NCBI GenBank assembly: GCA_964291295.2
Contig: OZ219754.1
Coordinates: 1,984,001 to 2,048,000, forward strand
Reading direction: 5' to 3'
DNA from: an uncultured Candidatus Binatia bacterium
GTDB taxonomy: Bacteria > Desulfobacterota > Binatia > UBA9968 > JAJDTQ01
DNA: 64,000 nt
Shown here piece by piece: positions 1 through 9,192 of the stretch; positions within the stretch are counted from its first letter, which is position 1, and each line of letters opens with the position of its first letter. The notes beneath the pieces are model-generated. The model made no database searches and had not been told where the DNA came from. It saw only the letters and a list, made by a program, of their open reading frames with translations. The position numbers and the translations under genes are program-made.

Positions 1-1542
1 GGCGGACGCATCGCGGCGGCGGGGGCCTCGGACGAGGTGCTGCGGTTGTGCGGCGCCGATACACGGGAGGTGGACCTCGAGGGACGCACGGTGGTCCCGG
101 GATTGATCGACGCCCACGTCCATCTGGCGGACAAGGGACTGGCGGAGCGGGAACTCGTGGATTGCCGGGACTTCTACGGGCCGGTGGCCAGCATCGATGC
201 CGTCCTCACGCTGCTGTCGAGAAAGGCCGCGGCGACACCCGCGGGCAACTGGGTGGTGGCGCAGGGGAGCCCCATGCAGGATTTCCGCATGGCGGACAAG
301 CGCTTCCCGGACCGGAACGACCTGGACACCGCGGTTCCCGAACACCCGGTCGCCATCGCCTTCGGCGCCCACGTCACCGTGGCCAACAGCCGGGCGCTGG
401 CGCTGGCGGGCATCGACCGGAACCGGGCGGACCCTGCCGGCGGCACCATCGAGCGGAACCCCGCCACCGGCGAGCCCACCGGCATCCTCCACGAACGGGC
501 TCAGCACATGGTGTCCGGGGTGACTCCGGACTTCGACGCGGCCCAGCGAAAGCAGGGCATCGCCTACGCCGTGCGGCAATGCCTCGAACGAGGCGTGACC
601 GGCATTCACGACATCGTCAAGGACCCGGCCGCGGTGCGCGCGTATCAGGAGCTCAAGGCAGAGGGCGGCCTGCACATTCGGTCCAGCCTGTTGCTGCGCA
701 TCATCGAGTCCGAAATGAGCACCGACAGCGTGCTGACAACGGGCCTGCAAACCGGTTTCGGCGACGAATGGCTGCGGGTGGGCGGCGTGAAGATGAGCAT
801 CGACGGCGGCATCACCGGCCGCAACGCCCTCTTCCACGATCCCTACCTCGACGCCCCGGACTACCACGGCCTCATCCGCATCCAGCAGGACGAACTGGAC
901 GAGACCGTGCTCCGGTGCCACGAGGCCGGCATGAGGTGCTGCGTGCACGCCATCGGCGACCGCGCCTTCGACATGGCGCTGGAGGCCTACGAGAAGGCGT
1001 TGAAGGCATTGCCCCGGGCCGACCACCGCCACCGCATCGAGCACATGGGCAACTGGCTGATGTCGCCCGAGCGCATCGGGAAGCTGGTGCGCATGGGTAT
1101 CGTGGCCATTCCCAACATTTCGCTGGGCTATTTTGTCGGCGACTCCATCCGCGCGGCCATCGGTGCCGGGCGCCTGGTGCGGGCGTTCCCGCTGAAGACC
1201 CTGCTGGAGGCGGGCGTGAAGATGGCCGGCGGCTCCGACGCGCCGGGGTACTGGCCGGTGGATCCGCTGCGCGACATCGGCGCCTATGTCTCGCGCCGAA
1301 TGCTGTGGGGCGAGACCCTGGCACCGGAGGAGGCGTTGAGCGTGCGCCAGGCCTTCGAGCTGCACACCACCCATGCCGCCTACGCCGGCTTCGAGGAGGA
1401 CCGCAAGGGGACCCTGGAGGTGGGCAAGCTCGCGGACATGGCGGTGCTGGCGGAGGACCCCTTCGAAGTGCCGGCGGAACGGATCAAGGCGTTGAAGGTG
1501 GAGATGACCGTGGTGGGGGGCGCAGTCAAGTACCAAGCCTGA
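1..1542 (+). CDS. Amidohydrolase 3 (YtcJ-like), 5'-truncated by window edge
   Basis: Frame open from base 1 (GGRIAAAG...). Motifs PGLIDAHVH, GVKMSIDGG, HAIGDRA, RIEH, GSDAP, GTLEVGKLAD. Confidence 0.92.
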   Translation, partial: GGRIAAAGASDEVLRLCGADTREVDLEGRTVVPGLIDAHVHLADKGLAERELVDCRDFYGPVASIDAVLTLLSRKAAATPAGNWVVAQGSPMQDFRMADKRFPDRNDLDTAVPEHPVAIAFGAHVTVANSRALALAGIDRNRADPAGGTIERNPATGEPTGILHERAQHMVSGVTPDFDAAQRKQGIAYAVRQCLERGVTGIHDIVKDPAAVRAYQELKAEGGLHIRSSLLLRIIESEMSTDSVLTTGLQTGFGDEWLRVGGVKMSIDGGITGRNALFHDPYLDAPDYHGLIRIQQDELDETVLRCHEAGMRCCVHAIGDRAFDMALEAYEKALKALPRADHRHRIEHMGNWLMSPERIGKLVRMGIVAIPNISLGYFVGDSIRAAIGAGRLVRAFPLKTLLEAGVKMAGGSDAPGYWPVDPLRDIGAYVSRRMLWGETLAPEEALSVRQAFELHTTHAAYAGFEEDRKGTLEVGKLADMAVLAEDPFEVPAERIKALKVEMTVVGGAVKYQA

Positions 1543-1606
1543 GGCCCCGGCCCCGTGGCGCGGGTACGGTCGGGTTCCAGGCGCACCGCGGTTCGCCGCG
1601 CGCCCT

Positions 1607-4036
1607 CTACGGCTCGTGGCGACGCTGCGCCGCCGCCGGCCCTTGCCGGTCCAGGCGGACCTCGGTCTCCCCCGCCGGAAGCTTGTGCGGGGCCCCTTGG
1701 ACCACCACCTCCAGATCGGCCTCCGAGTCGCGCTCCCGCGCAATGCGCACGCGTTCGTGCGTGAGGTCCAGCTTCAGCCTCCGCCCGCGGAATACCATGG
1801 TCAGCCGCAGGTGCGGCAACTCGTCGGGAAGGCAGGGGTCCAGGCTCAGGGTCTCGCCCATGGTGCCGATGCCGGCATAGCGGGTCAACAGGACATCGTC
1901 GAGGCCGCCCATGGCGCCGGTGTGGATACCCTCGGGGGTGGTGCCTCCCTGGATGTCGGCAACGTCGCTCTGCAGCGCCTCCCTGAACCAGGCCCACGAG
2001 GCGGCGGGGTCGGAGCGCGCCGAGACCGCGGCGTGCACCACACGGCTCAGGGTCGAGCCGTGGGAGGTGCGGGCGGTGTAGTAGTCCACGGTCCTGCGGA
2101 TGGTCTCGTGGTCGAGCGGGTATCCGAGCCGGCGGAAAATGCCCTGCACCTCGTCGGTCCGCAACAGGTAGAACAGCATCAGCACATCCGCCTGCTTCGA
2201 GGCCTTGTAGCGGTTGGTGGAGTCGCCTTCGGCCTCGAGGATGCGGTCGAGCCTCTCGATATTGCCGTATCGCTTCCGGTAGCCGGTCCAGTCGAACTCT
2301 TCCAGCGCCTCGTATCCCTCGAACTGGCTGATGACCCCGCCGGCGTGGAACGCCACGGTCATGTGGCGGGTCATGTCGCGCCACCGGCGCTCCTCTTCCG
2401 GGCCGAGGCCGATCTTTTCGGCGAGTTCGGAGCTCCGTTCCTCATCCAGCAGCGCCCGCACCTCGAAGGCGCGTTCCAGCAGCCACACCACCATGACGTT
2501 GGTGTAGGCGTTGTTGCGCAGGCCGCCGCCGGCGGCGCCGGGGTACCTGTCGTGGTACTCGTCCGGCCCCATGACGCCGTGAATCTCGTAGCGCCCGGTG
2601 TCTTCGTTCCACTGCGCCAGGCTGACCCAGAAGCGTGCGATCTCCAGTATCATCTCGGCGCCGTAACGGGACAGGAACTCCCGGTCTCCGGTGGTTCCGC
2701 AGTAGCGCCAGACATTGTAGGCGATGGCGATGTTGACGTGCCGCTGGCGGTGGCTGTTGTCTTCCAGCCAGCGTCCGGAGTTGGGGTTCAGGTGCAGCTT
2801 CTGGGTTTCCTCGGTGCCGTCGCTGCCGCTCTGCCAGGGGTACATGGCCCCGGCGCAGCCCGCTTCCCGTGCGGCCCGGCGCGCGGCATCCAGCCGGCGG
2901 TAGCGGTACAGCAGCAGGGAGCGTGCGACCTCCGGAACCCGCACCATGTAGAAGAACAGGAAATACAGTTCGTCCCAGAAGATGTGGCCGCGATAGGCTT
3001 CGCCGTGGAGCCCCCGGGCGGCCACCCCGGCGTCGAGATCCACCGAGTGGGGGGAGGCGGTCTGCAGCAGGTGGAAGGCGTGCAGGCGCAGGATCCTCTC
3101 CTCCGCCGGCCGCGACGGCAGCTCCACGTGGCAGCGGCGCCACAGGGAACGCCAGGCGCCGGCATGGGACGCCAGCGACTCCACGAACGACCCGGCCCCG
3201 GCCACCGCCGCGCGGGCGGCATGGGCGCATTCCGAGATGGCGTGGTCCCGGGAGGTGTACAGGGCCACGGTCTTCTCTACCGCGACGACCTGTTTCTCCC
3301 TCACCGGGACGGCGACCTCCCACGCCATCGCTTCGGGTTCCTCCACGGTCCGGGCAGGAATCTCCTCGTGCCCGTTCTTGCGGAAGAGCCGCGTGCGGGC
3401 CGCCAGCGCCAGGTGGATATGCGACTGGCGGGTCCGGAGCACCAGATACAGGTTGTCCTGGCCCGCCCGCCCCTTCTCCAGGTTCTCCAGGTGTTTGGAG
3501 TTGAGTTGACGATAGCGTGCGACGCCGGCGTTGACGACTGTGCCGTCCAGGGCCGAACGGATGGTCACGCGGCCGAACCAGTCCTCCGCCAGGAGCGTCC
3601 ACCGCAGGACCGCCAGGTGGGGCTGGTCCATGTGCACGAGGCGGCGGCTGCGAATGAAGCTGGTCCGGCCCTCGGGGTCGCGGAAACGGATGCCGCGCGT
3701 AAGCAGGCCATTCCTGAGGTCGAGCTGCTGCCGGTATGCCAGAATCTCCACTGTCGAGAGGTCGAACCACGGGCCGTCCTCCACGCGAAACCGGAGACAG
3801 AGCCAGTTGGGCAGGTTGACGAGATCTTCGTTGACCACCACGCGGTCGCCGATGCGGGTCTCCAGCCGGTTGTAGCAGCCGGCCAGGTAGGTCCCGGGGT
3901 AGTGCACGTCGTCGGCCGCCGCCTCCTCCGCCGCGCCGCGGGTGGCGAAGTAGCCGTTGCCGAGGGTGTACAGGGCTTCACGCAGGCCCTGGGTGGCCGG
4001 GTCGAAGCCGTCATGGCGAAAAATCCAGCGGCTCAT
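1607..4036 (-). CDS. Glycoside hydrolase family 65 (trehalose/maltose phosphorylase/hydrolase-like)
   Basis: Real start MSRWIFRH at 4036 inside the 1442-aa ORF. Motifs LGNGYFATRG, ARGLHGEAYRGHIFWDE, GPDEYH, KQADV, HGSTLS. Confidence 0.92.
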   Translation of the reverse strand: MSRWIFRHDGFDPATQGLREALYTLGNGYFATRGAAEEAAADDVHYPGTYLAGCYNRLETRIGDRVVVNEDLVNLPNWLCLRFRVEDGPWFDLSTVEILAYRQQLDLRNGLLTRGIRFRDPEGRTSFIRSRRLVHMDQPHLAVLRWTLLAEDWFGRVTIRSALDGTVVNAGVARYRQLNSKHLENLEKGRAGQDNLYLVLRTRQSHIHLALAARTRLFRKNGHEEIPARTVEEPEAMAWEVAVPVREKQVVAVEKTVALYTSRDHAISECAHAARAAVAGAGSFVESLASHAGAWRSLWRRCHVELPSRPAEERILRLHAFHLLQTASPHSVDLDAGVAARGLHGEAYRGHIFWDELYFLFFYMVRVPEVARSLLLYRYRRLDAARRAAREAGCAGAMYPWQSGSDGTEETQKLHLNPNSGRWLEDNSHRQRHVNIAIAYNVWRYCGTTGDREFLSRYGAEMILEIARFWVSLAQWNEDTGRYEIHGVMGPDEYHDRYPGAAGGGLRNNAYTNVMVVWLLERAFEVRALLDEERSSELAEKIGLGPEEERRWRDMTRHMTVAFHAGGVISQFEGYEALEEFDWTGYRKRYGNIERLDRILEAEGDSTNRYKASKQADVLMLFYLLRTDEVQGIFRRLGYPLDHETIRRTVDYYTARTSHGSTLSRVVHAAVSARSDPAASWAWFREALQSDVADIQGGTTPEGIHTGAMGGLDDVLLTRYAGIGTMGETLSLDPCLPDELPHLRLTMVFRGRRLKLDLTHERVRIARERDSEADLEVVVQGAPHKLPAGETEVRLDRQGPAAAQRRHEP

Positions 4037-5172
4037 GGTCCGTTCCGGTTCTGACCAATGCCGGCCCGGAGGGTGTGGCGGGCCACGATGCGCCGTGCCG
4101 CGGTCCGCTGGTTGCCCACGCTGTCCCGCAGCCGGGTCGCTTGGTCCACCACCTCCAGCACGGCCACGTCGGCCTCCCGCCCGACTTCGAGGACGCCGAG
4201 GCGGTGGTGGCGGCCGACGGCCCTGGCGGCGTTGAGAGTGCAGTCGGCGATGATCTCGTCCAGGTCGAGTCCCAGCATCAGGAACTTGGTCAGGGTGGTG
4301 GGCAGGTCCACCACGGGGCCGTTGCCGCTCATCCTGTGGAGATCGGTGCTGATGATGTCGGGGCGGAGCCCCTGGTCCATGGCCCGGGCCACGAGATCGA
4401 AGTCGAAGTGTCCGTTGGCGTGGGCCACGTCGAAGATCACCCCGCGCCGCTGTGCCTCCAGGACGGCCGGGCGGAGCCGGCCCTCGGGGTCCACGATGGC
4501 CGGCTGTTTCGGCGTGTAGCAGTGGGTCACGATGTCGCCCGGCCGCAGCGTCTCGACGATCTCTTCCATGGAGAGGCCGGTGTCGCCCACGTGCACCATG
4601 ACCGGCGCGCCGCAGGCGTCTCCGGCCTGCAGCGCCATCGCCAAGGCCTCCCGGCCGTTCCGCCCCACCGACTTGAGGTGCAGCCGGACCTTGATGCCCA
4701 CCGCCACATCGGGGTTGTCCCGCACCGTGCGGGCGGCGCCCTCGGGGTCGGCGAAAGCGATGTTCTCGAGCTCTCCGGGGAGGTGCAGCACCCCGTGCTG
4801 CGCCACCGCCACGAAAGCGAGCATTCGGGTGCGGGAGCGTTCGTACACCAGGTGCCGGAACCCTGCGAAGTTCACGGGGCCGGCCGAACCCGCGTCCGCA
4901 GTGGTGGTGACGCCGGTGGCACCGCACAGGGTGTCGAGGTCGGCGCCGTAAGGGTTGACCCCCCAGTAGCTGTGGACGTGGAAGTCGATGAGGCCCGGGG
5001 TCACGACGCAGCCGCCGGCGTCGAGCACCTGCCCGGCGCCGTCCCGCGGCAGACCTTGCTCCATGGCGGCGATGCGGCCCCCGGCGATGCCGACGTCCAG
5101 TTCCCGCCGCGTCCCCGCACCCGGATGGATCACCGTTCCGTTGACCAGCAGCAGGTCGAATGGGCCGCTCAA
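4033..5172 (-). CDS. Dihydroorotase-like amidohydrolase/deacetylase (EF_0837-type)
   Basis: PGLIDFHVH, GVTTTADAGSAG, GIKVR, HVG, THC, ISTDLH. TTG start; stop overlaps the GH65 ATG (ATGA). Confidence 0.88.
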   Translation of the reverse strand: MSGPFDLLLVNGTVIHPGAGTRRELDVGIAGGRIAAMEQGLPRDGAGQVLDAGGCVVTPGLIDFHVHSYWGVNPYGADLDTLCGATGVTTTADAGSAGPVNFAGFRHLVYERSRTRMLAFVAVAQHGVLHLPGELENIAFADPEGAARTVRDNPDVAVGIKVRLHLKSVGRNGREALAMALQAGDACGAPVMVHVGDTGLSMEEIVETLRPGDIVTHCYTPKQPAIVDPEGRLRPAVLEAQRRGVIFDVAHANGHFDFDLVARAMDQGLRPDIISTDLHRMSGNGPVVDLPTTLTKFLMLGLDLDEIIADCTLNAARAVGRHHRLGVLEVGREADVAVLEVVDQATRLRDSVGNQRTAARRIVARHTLRAGIGQNRNGP

Positions 5173-5226
5173 GACGAGACTCCTCTCGGGCCGGACGCGG
5201 ACAGGTCCCGGTGGCCCGGCCGCGCG

Positions 5227-6258
5227 TCACGCATCCGACAGCCCGTAGAACCGCGCGGGGTTCCGGTACAGGATCTGGTCGATGACTTCGGTCGCCACTT
5301 CGCCCTTGTCCCGCAGACCCCTGAGCGCCAGCAGTTCGCTGGCGTTGTCGGCATGGCCGTAGTCGGAGCCGATCATGATCATGTCCGCGCCGGCGTGCGC
5401 GATCACGTAGGGCAGGTCGTCGTCGGTCTGGCAGGCGACGTAGAGCCGGTTGGCCCGGAGCAGAGGGTCGTCGGGCTCGACCCCGCGCTTGCGGTTCCGC
5501 AGGGTGATGTCCCGGACCACGTGCGGGATCCACTGGGCGGCCACCTCGATGGCGCCGATGCGGAGACCGGGAAACCGCTGCGGGATGCCGCGCATGATCA
5601 TGGCATGGACGGCGCCGATGACGGTGAGCTTGGCGGTGCGGAAGGGGTCGTTGCCGAAGGCATCGGCCACGGCGGCGTTGCCGATGCCGGAGTGGATGCC
5701 GATGGGCACGTCGAGCCGGGCGGCCTCCCGGTAGAGCGGAAAGAAGTACGGGTGATGGAGCGGGTGGTGCGTCTCCAGGCCGCGCATGAACACGGCGCAG
5801 GCGCCGTGTTCCCTGGCCCATCGCAGTTCGCCCAGGGCCTCGTCCATGCTCGACAGCGGCAGTTGCACGGCCCAGCGGAGCCGTCCCGCACCGGCCGCCC
5901 AGATGTCCGCGAGCCAGCGGTTGTAGGAGCGGCACAGCGCCAGTTCCACGTCGCTGCGGTCCGTGACCGGCCGCAGGAACAGGGTGGGGTAGAGCACCTG
6001 GATATCGGTGCCGATCTCGTCCATGTGCTTCAGGCGCGCATGGATATCGGCCATGTCCCTGGACTCCCTGGGGGTGTCCAGGCCGATGTTGTCACGCCCG
6101 CCGATGAGCTTGCCGTTGATGATCCAGAAGTTGCGCGTCCCCCCCTCGGGCATGTCCACGGTGATCGGCACCGGGCGAAAGCGCTTGTCGCGGCCCTCCA
6201 GATAGTCCCATGTGTGTTCCGTCTCGATGACGTGGGCGTCGGCGTCGATGGCTCGCAT
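5227..6258 (-). CDS. Amidohydrolase 2 family metal-dependent hydrolase/decarboxylase
   Basis: IDADAHV, QVLYPT, YNRWLAD, IHSG, GSDYGH, NPARFY. Confidence 0.9.
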   Translation of the reverse strand: MRAIDADAHVIETEHTWDYLEGRDKRFRPVPITVDMPEGGTRNFWIINGKLIGGRDNIGLDTPRESRDMADIHARLKHMDEIGTDIQVLYPTLFLRPVTDRSDVELALCRSYNRWLADIWAAGAGRLRWAVQLPLSSMDEALGELRWAREHGACAVFMRGLETHHPLHHPYFFPLYREAARLDVPIGIHSGIGNAAVADAFGNDPFRTAKLTVIGAVHAMIMRGIPQRFPGLRIGAIEVAAQWIPHVVRDITLRNRKRGVEPDDPLLRANRLYVACQTDDDLPYVIAHAGADMIMIGSDYGHADNASELLALRGLRDKGEVATEVIDQILYRNPARFYGLSDA

Positions 6259-6397
6259 GGTGTCCTCCAGTCAGGTTCGGAATCCCGTCGCTCCCCGAAC
6301 CGCATCTGCACGGTGGGAGAGCGCCCGCGGACGCCGGCGCCGGCCTTGTTCGGGCGGCCCGCCGGCGTCCAGGGTCGGGATGCATCTTCCATACATT

Positions 6398-6422
6398 GTC
6401 GTTCCCGCGCGTGCGGGAATCC
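6398..6422. repeat. REP/dRS3-like palindromic element
   Basis: GTCGTTCCCGCGCGTGCGGGAATCC resembles the widespread GTCATTCCCGCG-N-GCGGGAATCC repeat; intergenic, single copy in the window. Confidence 0.5.
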
Positions 6423-6451
6423 CCGGGTGGCGGAAGCATCGTCCGGCGGTT

Positions 6452-7585
6452 TCAGGTTCCGGCCTGCAACTGCCTGGCGAACCAGTCCACGATGAAGCTG
6501 CGCCGGTCGAAGCGCTTCTCGTGGTGTCCCACGCCGTCCAGCAGTTCTCGCGGCGCGTTGACCGCGTTCCGGTACAGCCGGATGGCGCCGCGCGGGTCCA
6601 TGACCCGGTCGTCGTGATTGTAGCCCACCAGCAGCGGGCACTCGATCTTCTGCGCCCGGCCCGCCAGGGTGAACTCCCGGATGCGGTCCCGGGCCTGCTT
6701 GAGATCCCTGGCGCCCATGAGCCAGCGCAGCCGGTCCTGGATGGGCGGATAGTAGTCGAAGAGGTCGTCCAGCAGGTGATAGGCGCCGCTCCACACGGCC
6801 ACGGCCTTGATGCGCTCCTCCCCGGTGGCGCAACGGGGGCCGGAATATCCGCCCATGCTGGAACCGTGGAGGCCGATGCGCTCCGGGTCCACGTCCGGAC
6901 GTGTCACCAGATAGTCGATGACGGCCCTGGCCACACGTTCCGAGTCGGGCGGCGCGTAGAGTTTCTTCTCCCGCAGGGTGGCGCCGTGCCCCGGCCCGTC
7001 CACGTCGATGAAGGACATGCCGCGCCGCACGTACTGGCCGGCGTCCCCGTCGAATCCCCGCAGCAGGATGCCGTCGGCGCCGCCATAGTTGTAGACCGTG
7101 GGAAAGCGCATCCCCGGCTTGCCCCGGGCCGGGTAGAACAGCGCGTCGAGTTGGTGCCCTTCATAGGGGACCGTCACCCGCTCGAAGGGCGGCGGCACCA
7201 GGCTCCAGGCCTTGTCGAAGGTCTCCTTCAGCCGGGTGTGGCTGCACATCATGCGCGGGTCGCTGTCCGGCATGTAGACCAGCGCCCGCCGGTGGAACTC
7301 GGCCGCGCGCCGGTAGAAATCGTGGGCCGTGACGCTGCGGCCCTCTTCCTCGAATCCCGCCGCCAACGCCTCGTTCCGCTCGGCCGCGCGGGTCCATTCC
7401 GTATGCCAGCTGTCCAGGTTCCAGGGTTTGTAGCGTCGGGCCACCTCCCGCACGTCCGGGTCCGGATGCAGGAGGGGTGCCTCCATGCGCACCTCGAGCT
7501 GCCCCCCGCCGGGGAGGCCCGGCGCCGGAAACAGGCGCTTCTCAAGTTCTTCGTCGGCCAGGGGCCGGTCCGGGGATTCCTTCAT
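6452..7585 (-). CDS. Alpha/beta hydrolase, 2,6-dihydroxypseudooxynicotine hydrolase/FrsA-like
   Basis: GGADG, VDGPGHG, nucleophile elbow GSSMGG, Asp (HDD) and His (GHH). Confidence 0.82.
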   Translation of the reverse strand: MKESPDRPLADEELEKRLFPAPGLPGGGQLEVRMEAPLLHPDPDVREVARRYKPWNLDSWHTEWTRAAERNEALAAGFEEEGRSVTAHDFYRRAAEFHRRALVYMPDSDPRMMCSHTRLKETFDKAWSLVPPPFERVTVPYEGHQLDALFYPARGKPGMRFPTVYNYGGADGILLRGFDGDAGQYVRRGMSFIDVDGPGHGATLREKKLYAPPDSERVARAVIDYLVTRPDVDPERIGLHGSSMGGYSGPRCATGEERIKAVAVWSGAYHLLDDLFDYYPPIQDRLRWLMGARDLKQARDRIREFTLAGRAQKIECPLLVGYNHDDRVMDPRGAIRLYRNAVNAPRELLDGVGHHEKRFDRRSFIVDWFARQLQAGT

Positions 7586-7644
7586 GCCGTTTCTCCTGGC
7601 GTCGGCCCGGCGATGCCGGCCGGGTCTCTCGCGCTGGCCTGCGT

Positions 7645-8736
7645 TCAGATACCGTAGAAGCTCCCGGGGTTGTCCTGGGTGATCTTCCTCACCGCCTGGT
7701 GGGAAATATCGCCCCGGTCGGCGCGCTGCTTGAGGAGGTTCACGAAGTCCATCTCCTGGGCGGAGTCGTTGTGCGTGTAATCCGAGCCGATCAGGAGATT
7801 GTCCTCACCCGTGTGCCGGATCACGTAGTCCAGGTCCTCATCCACCTGAAACGACACGTACATTCGGTTGCGCTTCAGGATGTCCTGCGGCATCTCCTCG
7901 ATCTCCATGGTGGAGCGCAGCACGCTGGTGGGCCTTTCCCGGTTCTTTTCCAGCCGGCGCCGGATCTCGTAGAGGACGAAGGGCACCCAGGAGGCGGTGG
8001 CCTCGATGAAGCCGAAGCGCAGGCCGGGAAACCGGTCCGGCACGCCGTGGACGATCATGGACTGGAACGCGTGCACCACCGGCAACAGGATGCGGTAGAA
8101 GCGGCTGAAGGTGAACTCCCGCGCCGGGGTGAAGTCCGGCACTCCCGAGCCGGTGTGGAAGCAGATGGGCATGTCGAGCTTCTCCGCCTCCTCGTACAGC
8201 GGAAAGAAGTAGGGGTCGTTGGCCCACACGCCGGCTTCCCGGTCGCCCTTCTTGAGCACGCCGCAGGCGCCGTGCTCCCTGGCCACGCGCATTTCCTCCA
8301 GGGCCGCGTCCATGTTCAGGGTCGGAGGCAGCATGACATAGCGCAGCCGCCCCCCGGACTCGGCCCAACGCGCGGCCATCCAGCGGTTGTAGCTGCGCCG
8401 CAACGCCAGTTCGACGTCCGGCTTGTCGGTGAACTCCACCAGGAAAAGGGTGGGATACATCACCTGGAAGTCCACGCCCATGCGGTCCATGTCCTGCAGG
8501 CGCCGCGGCACGTCCTTGAGCTCCCGGGCGCCCTCGGTGGTGTGGGTCTCGTCGTCCTTGCGCACGAAGCGGAGCTGCCGTTTGCCGTCGATCATCCAGT
8601 AGCGCACGGTGGCATTGCCGGCGTCCTGGTTTCTCGGGTAGGCGGTGGTGGGCCGGAGGCTCGCGTCGCCGCCGCGCATGAATGCCCAGGTATCCTCGGT
8701 CTCGTCCACGTGGGTATCGGCATCGATGACTGCCAT
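7645..8736 (-). CDS. Amidohydrolase 2 family protein
   Basis: IDADTHV, QVMYPT, YNRWMA, FHTG, GSDYTH. Confidence 0.9.
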   Translation of the reverse strand: MAVIDADTHVDETEDTWAFMRGGDASLRPTTAYPRNQDAGNATVRYWMIDGKRQLRFVRKDDETHTTEGARELKDVPRRLQDMDRMGVDFQVMYPTLFLVEFTDKPDVELALRRSYNRWMAARWAESGGRLRYVMLPPTLNMDAALEEMRVAREHGACGVLKKGDREAGVWANDPYFFPLYEEAEKLDMPICFHTGSGVPDFTPAREFTFSRFYRILLPVVHAFQSMIVHGVPDRFPGLRFGFIEATASWVPFVLYEIRRRLEKNRERPTSVLRSTMEIEEMPQDILKRNRMYVSFQVDEDLDYVIRHTGEDNLLIGSDYTHNDSAQEMDFVNLLKQRADRGDISHQAVRKITQDNPGSFYGI

Positions 8737-8757
8737 GATCGCCTCCGGGTCGATGAA

Positions 8758-9186
8758 TCAGCGGGGCTTGAACTTCGGCAGGCTTATCGCGTCGCTGGCC
8801 GGTTCGAACACCACCACCACCTCCATGCCGATGGTCACATCGTCCACCGGGCAACCCACGATGTTGGTGTAGTAGCGGGGGCCCTCCGCCAGGTCCACCC
8901 AGGCAATGACGTAGGGGATGTCCTTTTCGAAGGCGCGCGCGCCGCGCCCCGCCAACTGGCGGATGATGGTGAAGGAGTAGACCGTGCCGCGGCCGCTGAG
9001 CTCCCGCCAGTCGAGCGCCTCGCCGCCGCACTCCATGCACGCCGGACGGGGGCACCAGACGAAGTGGCCGCACGAACGGCACTGTGGCATCACCAGCCGG
9101 CCGTCCCTGGCGGCCTGCCAGAACGGCGCCGTGAGTTCGGTCGTCTCCGGCAGCGGGCGGCGCGGCGGCCGCGAAGCGTCAGCCAT
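8758..9186 (-). CDS. DUF35 Zn-ribbon/OB-fold protein (thiolase partner)
   Basis: PFWQAA, CRSCG..PRPACMEC, SGRGTVYSFT, PYVIAWVDLAEG. Confidence 0.92.
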   Translation of the reverse strand: MADASRPPRRPLPETTELTAPFWQAARDGRLVMPQCRSCGHFVWCPRPACMECGGEALDWRELSGRGTVYSFTIIRQLAGRGARAFEKDIPYVIAWVDLAEGPRYYTNIVGCPVDDVTIGMEVVVVFEPASDAISLPKFKPR

Positions 9187-9192
9187 GGTGGT

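Noticed and set aside
1607-5935. 1442-aa ORF as a giant fusion protein
   Set aside because: The N-terminal roughly 630 aa are Arg/Pro/Gly-rich off-frame reading of two real genes; the GH65 starts at 4036.
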